Source: Callorhinchus milii (Eukaryota). From it: DNA of 64,000 nucleotides. Positions within the stretch are counted from its first letter, which is position 1, and every line of letters starts with the position of its first letter. The position numbers and the translations under genes are program-made. Of the stretch, positions 1 to 11,949 are shown in pieces. The notes under the pieces were generated by a model. It searched no databases and had not been told where the DNA came from. It worked only from the letters and a program-made list of their open reading frames with translations. The DNA lies in the NCBI RefSeq assembly GCF_018977255.1, contig NW_024704743.1, forward strand, positions 47,742,001 to 47,806,000, read 5' to 3'.

Positions 1-47
1 ATACCACAGGGGCCTCATTCTACGGACACTCATCACTTCATAACAAT

Positions 48-145
48 AAAACGCAAAATACTGCAGATACTGGAAATCTGAAACAAAAACAGAAGTCGCT
101 GGGAACACTCAACAGGTCAGGCAGCATCTATGGACAAAGGAAAGT
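48..145 (+). repeat. Penelope-like element terminal remnant
   Basis: AAATACTGCAGATACTGGAAATCTGAAACAAAAACAGAAGTCGCTGGGAACACTCAACAGGTCAGGCAGCATCT, a common shark repeat end; related copy in inverted form at 21234-21340. Family name from memory. Confidence 0.6.
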
Positions 146-1079
146 TATAACAATGCCTGCTTTACATTTAGGTCTTCCTGTAGCATGAAACAGAACCAAC
201 GAACCACAGAAATTTATGGCAAAAGAAAGGTCATTTGACCCATCCCCAGACCCATGTGCCAACTCCCTCAAAAGTAATCCTTTCAGTCCCACTTACCTGT
301 CCTTTCCCCAAACCTTGCAGCTTACTCTTTTTGTGGTATTTATCCATTTTCCTCTTGAAGGCCAATATGAATTTTGCCTGAACTACTATTCCTGGCAGGG
401 CATTCAATATCCAACTACAGTACTCTGTAGCAAATAGTTCTACAGTAGTACTGTGGGGCATTGAAGCAGGTCAATTCCTCAGCAGTGCTGAGAGGAGGCA
501 TAATAAATCAGGAAAGAAAATGCAAGTAATCTTTGTTTTCATACACTAAATGGTAGCTGCCTCCTTTATTCCAAGCTCATTGTAGTTGTGATGTGGAGGG
601 GGGTGGGGGGATCAATGTAGTATGGACATCCTGAAGTGGCTCTATTTAGCTTAACTGGGCCAAGCAGTTGGACAGGTTTGAGAGCTGATTCCCTTGATAT
701 TGTGAATGTTTAGCATTTATTGTCCATTTATTCCTGCGCATCCACTGGTTTTCCCACTGCTGGACAGCTCCCGATCAGCTCTCAAATCAGTCAAAAGTAC
801 CTTGCTTCATTAAAATAAACAGAACCTCTCCAGGACTCCCTAGAATAAATGTGGAGTGGCTCACAACCACATGTGAAAAAGTGAGGTTTACTTGCTGCAA
901 GGAAACAATACTTTTATAAATATATTACTCGTCTCCAGATCTAGAGGGAATACTTTGAAATAGAAAGTACTCCCTTTGGGTTTTTCTTCCCTTTTAATGA
1001 GCAAGTAACAGCAAAGAGATCGATTGCGCACTTGAGTTTTTAATCTCACTCAGTGAAAGCCTTGGTGCTCCATAAAAAA

Positions 1080-1583
1080 AATCAAAACATGATGTTTATT
1101 GTACAAGCCGCTTGCGGGCAAAGCTACAAAACCTATTAAAACTGCTGTATAGGACTAATATTAGAAATGGAAAATAAAACATCTAGAAAAAACAAAGCTG
1201 TCAACTCTTAATTCTACAAAGTCTGTCAATCATGATTTCCACAAGATAAAAANCACTGTTGCAGGCTTGTGTCCACACTTCCCAGCGGTCAGTTCTGAGT
1301 GATCTGTATATCCCACTAACGCTAGCCAAGCGTGTCACACATGTCACAGTGCAGTCAGACATATCAGCTAAATTGCCCTGTTGGGCTGCCTCCTCTCATC
1401 AGTTCTGTCAGTGCTGCTCTCATTTCACAAGCACTAACAGCACATAAATAGCTGCAGCAGGCGCTGATGAGGATCACAATGTTGATGGACATCGAGGTCG
1501 GCTTCACAGCTCCCATCAACAGTCAGCGAGATGCTGTACCAGTAGAGGACATGTCCAAATCTGCTTGCGATTTGAAGAATCAT
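1080..1583 (-). other. Candidate (alternative) 3' terminal exon of TAX1BP1 with 3' UTR
   Basis: Acceptor gtttccctgtag at 1584; phase-0 frame open for 49 codons to TAG at 1436-1434; U-rich tail with AATAAA at 1100-1095 followed by TGTTTTGATTTTTTTTT. No transcript evidence. Confidence 0.4.
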
Positions 1584-4500
1584 CTACAGGGAAACTCATG
1601 TATATGAATCACGCGCACTCAGTGCAAAAGTACTGAGAAGAATGAAAAATACAATTTAATAGAAAAAGCTCCTTGTATTTAAACAAGGTTCAAATCTTGA
1701 CACCTTCCCCACGGTCACAAAAATAATAATGGCAAAACACTTCAAGTTGTGCTTTTGTGCAACATACCAATTCATCTTCTATGGGCTTCGGAGACAAACT
1801 ATTTAAATAAGATGGAAAGAGTCAAAGGACATGCACTCAAACTGCCTTAATACATAAAGCCCTCAGCTGGAACAAGCCCTGCAGCTCCTATTGTTAAAGA
1901 GATATTCTTTTTATTGGGAAATTTAAAACACACAGACATTCCTTTCTTCCCCACCACCTCCCACACCCATCACCACCCACATTTACCCCTTGCCACATTA
2001 AAGAATGGGCAGAAACCTCTTTGTAGTCATTGAGTAGGAAAAATAGTACATGGCAACAGAAACTCCTATTAATTCCACTTAGCCGGCTTCCTCTTACAAG
2101 CTTCAGGTCCGGCTCACTGGCATTTGCAGATTTAGCACCATGGAAATTCTACTTACTTTTAGTCTTATACTAACACCAACAGGAAAAAGGCTAAGTGGAA
2201 TTACTACTAACAAACTATGTAACATTAGAAGTGGGAGCAATAAATTAATATAAACACACATAAATAGTAGGAACAATTTATACTCCAAAATCCCAAACCT
2301 ATTAATTTAACGTGCAATTTAATGGAAAAAAACAATTAGAATGAAAAATTACAAACACTGTTCATTATTCTTTTCCCAAAGAGCAGGACTAAGGTGACTT
2401 GGGTTACGGGTTGTCTTCACTTTGAAAATTTTGAGCCAACTCTACTTTCCATTTGCCTTGGATTTAATCTCAGTCTTATTTATCTCATGTAGCTCAATCA
2501 GACACTTCCTACTGCAGCCACATGCTAACCAAAATGTAATTGTAAGTATTTGATTGTAATAATGAGGTGAACTGCTTTGTGGTAAATAAGTAAGAAATAC
2601 TCATTATTTCTTGTAGCCGTGCATTACTGCACAATTATTATATTATATTAAAATGAACAGCTCTCAACAGAACCAACAGCGGATCCCATGTTTGATACAA
2701 TACTGTAGAAAGCCACATTTAAAAATCGCAATACCTGAACCTACTATAACTTGTGTGGAATTGCACTCTAAATTTTAAATCAGCCCTGAGGATATTCCAG
2801 ATTACATTCAGTGACAAATGACACACTGTGCCTCCATTTACCACTGTATTTTACGTTTGGCTGCTTAGAGTTCTTATTGCAACATTCCATAGGTAGCACG
2901 GTTGGTGGTCTTTTTCCTTTTCTTTTATTGTGGTACTGTATCTATAGCTGTAGTTTGGTACAATTAAAGTAAAGCACTGTTTTGGTTTAGATTCCAAAAA
3001 TGACAACAGCACTAATTGCCAGTCAGCATTCCACATTCGCTGCATGTGTGCGGAGCTTCCTGTGGGCTAGGCAGCACTATGTGCTAAAAAGGGCTGACTT
3101 CTGGATCATCAGGTTGCCCCGGTGTCACTTCCTGTATGCTGCATACATACATACATATAGATGGACATCTATACGTAAGTAGTTTTGAACTATTAAACAT
3201 AATTCCTACTGATCAATATAATCCAGGAAAACAGTTTGCTATGACAAAACATCAGACAAGAAGGTAAACGTTTGCGGTTGTGAAGGCTAATTTACAAGAG
3301 AACAGGATTGAGATGTCAGTCTATCTCAGTTACAGCACTGTGGCCTCCAAGTCAGAAAGCAGTAGATTCAAGCTCCATGTCAGAACTTTGATCTTATAGT
3401 CTAGGCTGTCATTCCAATATAGTGCTGGGGAAGCACCGTCAGAGGTACCGTCCTTCAGATGAGACATTAAACCAAGATCCCGTGTGCCTGTTCAACTGGA
3501 TGTTAAAGATTCCATGGACCTATTTGAAAAAAGAAGGGAGTTTCTCCCAGAATTCTGGTCTATAATCCCTCCAGATAAAATGGGTCACTCACTTCATAGC
3601 TGTTTGTGGGATAGCGCTATGCGTAAAAGTAGAAGTCACATTCACCTACAAAATACACAGTAAAAATATACTATACAGCAAAAATCATGTGAAGTGCTGA
3701 AATGTTTCAACTTGATAAGGCAATATATATGATTATTTATTATTTTTTACATAGAGGGTAAATAGGGTAATTAATGATTAAGGACAGGATTTTTTTTCAG
3801 ATGTCACAATGCTAGATTCATTTAAGAAATAACTTGGTGCTGTAATGGAAAGACATGAATGTTGTTATTCTCAAAGAAGATAAATTGACTGAAGGTCTAA
3901 TTCATCTGAACCTCTCATAATCTGAAATGATGAAAGTTAACACACGGAATGTAAAAAGAGAAAACTTGCATTTTTAAAAACACCTCATCACACTGAAGCA
4001 TCTGAAAATGCTTAGCAGGTAATTATTGGCAAAGACAACAACTATTTCTGCCATCAAGGTTCCACAAACAACCATGAGGCAAATGGCCAATTAATCTGGA
4101 AGATTAATATACATATTAATAAATATTATATAAATACTTCAAAATGCATAAAAATAATTTGGTCACTCAATGACTGTTTGTGGGACATTGCTGTGCGCAA
4201 TTGGCTGCCGTGTTTCACCAAAAAGTATAGAGTCAATTCACTCTACAGTATATTCTGCGAAGTGCTTTGAGATGGCCCGAAGACATGATAAGGCGCTATA
4301 TCAAATGCAAGGATTATTATTATTGTTCTTGGCCAAGGCACCAGGAAAAACAGCCTTATATTTTCGAATGGTGTAATGGGAACATAACACCCACCTATGA
4401 CTTCATCTTAATGTCCCATTAAAAGACAGTATCTCTAACCGTCAGCCCACTCAGTGTTGGACTAATTGGAATATCAGCTAATTGGACTGTACTCAAGTCT

Positions 4501-7369
4501 CGATGTGGGCTTCAATGACAACCTTCTGACCAAAGTGCTCATGATTCACGGAACTAAAGATTTAAATTGTCCCTGACTATTTTGAAATTGTTCTATTTCA
4601 TGCTACAGTTGAGGTAGTTGGTAACAGACATATTGTAGGAAAGCAACTTCAGTTCACATAACTAAATTATAAAATGAAAATTGCTGAATAAAAACTTATT
4701 TAATGGTTTGTATCCAACACAATTGGTATAAATATTAATGTCAATAGTCTAATGAAAATACAATCATTTTACAAGACTAAACTTATGCATCATAAATCCT
4801 TACAATTTCAATTTATGAAGAAATGCCAAGATGCAGAGGCATAGAACTCTAAACTCAATTTTTTCTGGCCTGATTAAAAGCAATGTGAAATGGAGAGTAA
4901 AACCATCACTGTACTACTGTACTACAGGGAGATGAAAGCTTTTGATCCTGGCAGTGTAAATTCAGCAGAATAATCTATTAAATCCAAAACAAGTTGAAAG
5001 GAAATGAAAGTCTATAAAGAGACCTTCTGTTCAACGTGGCTGCATTGGATTTGAAATGGATTAGTAATCTGAGCAGAGCCACTCAACCCGAAAAACATTC
5101 AATGCACTGTGGAGTATTCCAATATAGCTATTTTTTGGTCCTTGAGAGATTATTATTATTATTATTATTCAACATACCCATCCTGATTAATCACAATATA
5201 ACCATTTGGAAATAAGAACACCTGTTTCAGCCCTGAAAAATAAACAACCACAAGAACCAAGCAAAGGAGGAAACAAGTCCCAAATATTCCTGAAATTTAG
5301 GATGACCTGCATATTTTCATACTGAGGGGGTCTATATTCAACAGAAAGCAATCCCTCTTATCCTTCATTCCCTGTTCTATTATAAGAAACACATTGCAGC
5401 CAAAATAGCAAAGCCTGATTGCATTTTATCAGAAATATATTCCATGGGAAAAATATATTCCTTCTCTTTCAGATTGAAGTCCATGTTCTCTTTAAATCTG
5501 GCAAATTTCTGTAAAACGCAAGAACATTCCAATTTCCTTACTGCTGACCCACAGACAATCTGCTTATTGGAACACATTAGAGTCCCTCTGTCTCATTACA
5601 AAAGCTGAGCTGTGTCAGCAAATGAGCACAAGACACAAGTGTTCTTCCTCATGGGTTTGCAGAAGGGCAAAGAGGATCAAAGACACTCGGATCAGAGTGA
5701 ATACGGTGCTAATTAAACTGTGGCAGATGACTAAAAGAAGAGCTTGTCATGTGTAATATGTGCACTGGGGATGGTCATATTAGAAATGCAGAATGAGCAC
5801 CAAGGTAGAAAACATCACTAAGTGCACATCCTATTCTTTCAATATGCTCTGAAAGTTATGACAGTTTCTCTAATTATACACAGTAATAGACAGAAGAGGC
5901 CAGAAGTCAGGAAGGTGAATTCATTCTTCTTTCCTAAGATGCTGAGCACTAGATATGAAATCATGCCTGTCTGAACACGGTTAAGCTTCAGCAAAGGTTA
6001 ATAGCAATTAAATGCAGCAAACTAGACTAAATGAGAAACAGGTCGTGATACCACTGTACTCATTGTGAATAGAGTAGCAGGGTTCCATACAATAAAGAGC
6101 TCTACAAATGCTGCTTAAACTTCCCTGGAGCAGAAATAACAGCAGCAAAAAGCCTCGCTTTCAAAACAAATGGTCAGTACAAATTCTACCATCAGTGCGA
6201 GTACCTAACCAAGAATGGAACTGACGGAGACAATTATCGAACTCGATACCTCTCCATTTTTTTGGTCACCTGGGTGTCTGACACTTGGAGAAACCCATTA
6301 CCACGCTTAAGAACATTCAAACCAGACAGATTTATATCATGTTACTTGCACAAGAAATTATCCTGTGTCTGGAATGGAAAGCACACTCTCTCCCTGGAGG
6401 GATACAACTTGCTTATGTAATTCCAGAAAGTATAAGGCGCAGATAAAAAAAGGGCCACAGCTTTGTGACCGCAGAGTGTGCCAAGCCACTTCTTATCCTG
6501 TTCTCACCAATGTCTTTCCAGCAAATGAGGAGGGGCAGGGGAAGAGGAAGCACTCTGGCTGTTTTTTCTCTTCCCATCTCAGAGGTCAAACGTAGCACAT
6601 ACCCTACACCCTTCCAGCTTTTAATCCACCCAGGATCACAGATACCTCCGCAAAATTGTTCATGTTTGTGATAGCACATACCCTAACCTGGATGAGACCA
6701 GCTAACTCAGCACAGGCCCAGGTTTTGCACCTACAACATTCCAAGCTATATAGCCTGGTTCTTTAGCTGACAGCACTTTTGCCAACCAGTCTATCAGAGG
6801 AATTGCTTTCTTCTAAATAAAACTTTAGCTGTTAAACTTCTGTTATTGGGATACATTAGTCAGCTCCTGTGCTCCAGGTTTTTGGAACTTATTTTCTCCT
6901 TTGCTGTACATCTCACTACACAAGATTTCACAACTGAGGAAGTAGATGGACATTTGTTTGAACTAATTAAGACTGACTTGGTTTCTAATTTTGTCTTCTT
7001 CAGAAGAAACATCTCACTTCTGTTGTCCTCTCCAGAGAATCCTTTTATAAATTCAGGGTTTATTTCAAGTATTACCACCTTCATTCGCCTTCAGACTCGT
7101 TCTTTATGCTAAAATGACAATTGAACAGGCCCCAGATTTGCCAAAGTATGTATCTGAAATTCTACTCCAAGTGCCCTTTTTTTTGCCAGCGTACAATTTG
7201 CTTAATGCAACCCCTTGGAATTGGTTTGTGGTTCCTAACCTGAGCCATGAATAAAAAGATGTTATGATACTATATCTAAGTTAATGGAATTGTCTATTTA
7301 TACTAAATTTCTACATCATAGATAAAGGTTTCATGAAGTTTAATTCAGATAAGAGTTTGAGGAGACATT

Positions 7370-7945
7370 ACAAGTAAATGCTCGCTCCCAATGCAGGTCA
7401 AGCTTACGGCATATGAGACCTGTGTGCAAACAGTCCTTCATGGATCCGAGTTCCTGGCGATGCAGCGGAGGGTCATTTGCGAAGTCCAGGATCAAGCATT
7501 GAGGTGGATTTGTGGTAAATACATCAGGTTCGGGCCTACACTGACCTGTTGTTAAGAACCCTGGAGGCAATCAGCTTCAATGTGAGCACATCTATTTGCC
7601 AAGGCCCCTCACATGAGGACCTGGATTAAGCAGATGGTGCTGAGTGAACCCGGTACCCAGTATTAGACTTGGACCTTGAAAACATCAAGGTGGCCGGCAA
7701 GTAGGGGAGGGTAAGCAGAATGATGTTCAGTAACGGAATGTCAGAATCGAGCCAACCCTCTGTGGCGGTCCTGGTGGTCCAGTTGTTGAGCCAGGCTGGT
7801 CCCCAGTATTCCAGAGCACTGCTGATGATAGCCCAGCCAGGCTGGCTCATCAGTAGGATTTGGAAGGGCAGACCAGTCACTGGGGCAGGGAGTCATTCCA
7901 CTCAGCTCCTGTTAACACTTCAAGCCAAAGCCCAAATGGGTAGGG
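7370..7945 (+). mobile_element. Second fragment of the same RTE-X-like LINE family
   Basis: Translates to VKLTAYETCVQTVLHGSE...VQDQALRWICG (RT-thumb-like); 7590-7700 matches 51590-51700; 7780-7940 matches 17540-17670. UTR-only copies at about 17480-17795 + 20671-20870, 26560-26760 + 27185-27310, 46845-47150(-), 59490-59700. Confidence 0.6.
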
Positions 7946-8280
7946 TCGCCCAAGGTTCACTTAAGATATATAACAGAAAGAACACATAAACATCGTATTT
8001 TATTAGGCATTGCAACTTCTAGCATTAGGAAGTTGAGTCATGTGCAAGATGAGCTTTGTTGCTGTCAGTTTGGTGCATGAAAATAATGAAAATATTACAA
8101 AAATTATACCAGTTACTCCTGTTCCTTGATGACCAGTAAAGATCAACAAATACGACTTTTTATCACAGAATCAAACTGTGTCACAGATGGTCAGACATTA
8201 ATGATGTACTGAAGCTTTTTTTCCCTCAGCAAACCATTTTAATTTTCTTTAAAAGCAAATGGAAATCTCTCCAAACTTAC

Positions 8281-8432
8281 AGTAATAAGATCATCGGGGT
8301 CTTCAAGTCCATCTGGCCGATTGAAGTTGCGAGAAGGTTGACTGCAGACCACATTACTGTCCAGGCCCCATGTGGAGATGCCCAGAGGTACTCTGCGAAT
8401 CTCATCAGGATAAAGTGCTCCATCCTCTCCAT
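8281..8432 (-). CDS. TAX1BP1: TAX1BP1 exon (exon 15 eq.): (D)GEDGALYPDEIRRVPLGISTWGLDSNVVCSQPSRNFNRPDGLEDPDDLIT
   Basis: Within ORF 8239..8517; aatttag|AT...ACT|gtaagt; 152 nt, phase 1->0; NVVCSQPxRNFxRPDGLED signature. Confidence 0.95.
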
Positions 8433-8572
8433 CTAAATTCAGATGTGCAAAGGACAAGGATAATATGAGCACTGTGATGTTATTGCAAAAAACTACCAGG
8501 TGTGGTGTATAGAACATAAAACCGCTACCAACAACAACATTATAATGAGAAGACTTAAAAATTAGAACTAAC

Positions 8573-8768
8573 CTCTTCCCGGCTCAGCATAAGGATTTCC
8601 AAACTGCAGCCCAGGTTGCTTCATGGGTACCAGCAGAGTCTCTGAAGAATACGGATTTGGATATTGTAGTACCTTTTGTGCTCCCAGGGATTGGGAGTTT
8701 TGCGTGATTGGGTCTTCATGTTCATGAACTGGTCCACTACCTTGTGTGTTTACTTCCTTTGAAAGTTC
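8573..8768 (-). CDS. TAX1BP1: TAX1BP1 exon (exon 14 eq.): ELSKEVNTQGSGPVHEHEDPITQNSQSLGAQKVLQYPNPYSSETLLVPMKQPGLQFGNPYAEPGR(D)
   Basis: ctattttcag|GAA...AGAG|gttagt; 196 nt, phase 0->1; QNSQS and LQxGNPYA motifs conserved. Confidence 0.92.
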
Positions 8769-10091
8769 CTGAAAATAGAAATATCAGCTCAAGCATGTTA
8801 TGGAAAAATATATACATGCAGAACTGAGACACAGTGGATCATAGCTTACTCAGCTTTCGGCCCCTATACCACTGCTTTTGGGAACTGCCTCCAAAATCAC
8901 ACTATATTCCTCTGTCCTCTAAGCCATTTTCAAAACCTACATCCTCCACCTTACCTTTAATCATCTCCCTACCTAACTCCTCAGCTTGGTCATGTTTCCA
9001 CACTGTTCCAGTAAAGTCCTTCAAGACTTCATCCTATATGAAACGCACTGTATGAATTTAATTTGTTGTTGCTATTTATTTTTAAATTCATTGCACAGCT
9101 AAAAGCTAATGCTTGAACTATACGCAATATTAATGATGTAACAATTCAAGAAGTACATTAGATGACTGTTTCCATTTCTGACAATGACTGACAATATAAT
9201 TATGGCCAGATAATCAAAATAAACTCTGTTTCTACCACTGTGTTTAGAATTTACATTACTCCCAAATGCAAAACAAAAAGATACATAAGATCTTAAGGGA
9301 ACTTTAATGGTACATCCAGAGGGTTAGCACTTTAACTTTCTAACCTACTATACGCACCATTACATTTTAATGATATACAATAGGTTAGCAAGTTATACAT
9401 TTTCTTTGGGGGTAGGGGGGGAACCAGTGTTTTTTGATCTTCATGACCTCAAGATGAAAGATACCACTACAATATGAAATTCTGTACTTCTTAATTTACT
9501 TTTCAGCCTTGAAATCAAAAACCCAGTCTGGGTATTGCACAGGACAATTAATGAAGTACTACATCAGTATGACCGTTTTCACTTCCTAGAGTAGGGTAGG
9601 TGAAACCTTGGGCACGTTTCCTTACTCTATACACCTAATAATAATCCCTCAAGAAAGAAAAAGCAATAATAATTTGGTCACTCAATCCATGACTGTTTGT
9701 GGGACACTGCTGTGCGCAATTTGCTGCCGCGTTTTGCCCACAAATATACAGTCAATTCACTTTACAGTATATTCTGTGAAGCGCTTTGAGACGTCTAGAA
9801 GACGTGAAAAGCGCTATATCAAATGCAAGGGTTATTATTAGTAGTAGTAGTATAGACATCTCTGCAGAATTTCCTGAGTGAAACCACTATTAATATAATT
9901 ATGGCCAGTTTGATACATATTAACAGTTAAATATTGTTTTTAATTTAGAATTTCTAGCAAAATAAATGTTTTCGATAGTCGTCACCAAATTCCTGACTAT
10001 CAACTTTGATTGTATATTTTAATCCAAGATGGAAACAATATTACACGTCCATTTATTTATCCAATCTGATGAAACTTTTATACGCTTAGAT

Positions 10092-11048
10092 CAGGGTGGT
10101 CCAACGTTTTGGCTGCCGCAGACTGGATTCCCTATTTGAGAAAGTCCGCAGGTCAAATAAGCAATATTTTGTGTTTCCCTTCCAGAAACATAACAACATT
10201 TACACAGCATCTTTTTCATGTTAGAAGGACATCTCAAAGTGCTCAATGTTGTCGGCTGGAGGTAGGGAGGGAGTCAAAGGGGCAGATGGGGTGGGGGTAC
10301 ATGAAGCAAGCTGTATTTGCTCTGCAAAGGGAATGGCTGGGTCAGGAGGTCGCAGAGGTAGGGTGGGGTTGGGAGGTGGAATGAAGGGAGTAAAGAAGTT
10401 TTTCATGGGGAAAGAGGGAGCTTTCGGTGAGGATGAAAGGCACGTCTGTCCTCTCACCCACACTCACTCTCACCCACACTCGCTCTCTCACACCCTCCCT
10501 CCCACACGCACTCTCTCTCTCCCTCCCGCGCTCTCTCTCTCACAGGCGCGCGCGCTCTCTCTCGCACGCTTTCTCTCGTGCGCACTCTCTCTCTCGCACG
10601 CTCTCTCTCTCGAGCGAGCGCGCTCTCTCACGTTCTCTCTCTCACGCTTATAGTCTCTCTCTCACTCCCCCTTTAGTACCTCTCTGTCTCACACACACAC
10701 ACACACAAACACTCTTTCCCACTCCTCTTCACCGCCCTCTTTCCCTCTCAATCCCTCTCTCTCCCAATCAGCCACGCGGTTCACTATCTGCAGCATTAGG
10801 AGTCAGTGGTTGCTATGGATGCAGTTGTAAGAAATGCGCCTGCCTTCCTGACAAGACTGCAGTGACGGTCGGTATTATTTCCACTCTCAACGCTGCATCC
10901 TCCCAAACACCGGCTCCTGCCTTGCCATGGTAGGACGTTCACCAGGGAAGGAGGGAGTGAAAATTGGAATGTTGGAAATGGTCTTGGGTTAGATAAAATC
11001 ACCCGCCGGACCGGATGCGGCCCGTGGGCCACCAGTTGGACCCCACTG
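10092..11048. mobile_element. Non-autonomous hAT (Charlie-type) DNA transposon carrying an L2 relic and a microsatellite
   Basis: TIRs CAGGGTGGTCCAAC / GTTGGACCCCACTG; 8-bp flanks GCTTAGAT (10084-10091) and GAGTAGAT (11049-11056), 6/8 identical and close to the Charlie NTCTAGAN target. Confidence 0.8.
10450..10770. repeat. Compound (CT)n/(CA)n/(CG)n microsatellite
   Basis: Directly visible; explains the spurious ORFs 10246..10653 and 10427..10933. Confidence 0.95.
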
Positions 11049-11093
11049 GAGTAGATTATGGAAGAACATAAACAAACTTAGAGAACCAATCAC

Positions 11094-11189
11094 CCTATTT
11101 AGCTCTTCGAGCATTTCCTTTGCTTCGACAAGGTCTGCCACATTTGCTTTAAGTTCCTTTACTTCCTGTTCCTTCTTTGAAAGTAGAAC
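11094..11189 (-). CDS. TAX1BP1: TAX1BP1 coiled-coil exon: VLLSKKEQEVKELKANVADLVEAKEMLEELNR
   Basis: Within ORF 10989..11207; tttcttccag|GTT...AGG|gtgatt; 96 nt, phase 0->0; heptad-like composition. Confidence 0.82.
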
Positions 11190-11949
11190 CTGGAAGAAAC
11201 AGAACACAAATCACCAATTTAGTTTATGCCTGGTTTTACTACTACTTTGCAAACATTTGTGAGAGTTCAGGATGCAAAGTGGTAAATGTTTATTAAGTGC
11301 TTATTAAGTGCTTAAAACTAAAATCGTTGAATTTTGTGTACAGATTCTGCTGAGGATGAGCTTTAATACTTAGCCCAACAATAGTCAATCTGCATTAGTA
11401 TGTTAAAAGATATTTTTAGCAGACAATAATAATAATAATCCTTGCATTAGATATAGCGCTTTTCACATCTTCTAGGCATCTTAAAGCACTTCACAGAATA
11501 GACTGTAAAGTGAATTGACTGTATATTTGTGGGGGAAATGATACTAGAAGATGAACGATATTTCAATACATGTGTAGATTCAGGTATCAACCTGGCTCAC
11601 TTGGTAATACTGAGTGTTACTCAGTGATTCTACATCAGAAGGTTACAGGTTCAAACCCCACGTCAGGATTCAAACTCAATCTAGACTAACACTCCAATGC
11701 AGTACTGGAGGACCATTACATTATTGTAGGTGGTGGTGTCCTTGAGAAGTTTAACCAAGACCCAGTTCATTTGTTCTTTGAGGCACTATTTGAAGAGTGT
11801 TCAGGTCAACAATCCTTCAGATTAATTAGCCATTTATCTCATGGCTGTTCGTGAGACCTTGCTTGCTCTGTACATTTGTTTAAAAGCTTAAAAGATCCCT
11901 CCCTTCAACCCTTTGCTACCCATCTCATCAGTGGCAAATAACAGTGGCA

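Noticed and set aside
1253..1253. Ambiguous base n
   Set aside because: Assembly ambiguity only.
1..8280. Search for UBZ zinc-finger exons and the usual neighbour JAZF1
   Set aside because: No matching peptide seen; presumably left of the window, so loss of the fingers is not claimed.
10246..10933. 135-aa and 168-aa ORFs
   Set aside because: Low-complexity translation of a CT/CA microsatellite and an L2 relic.
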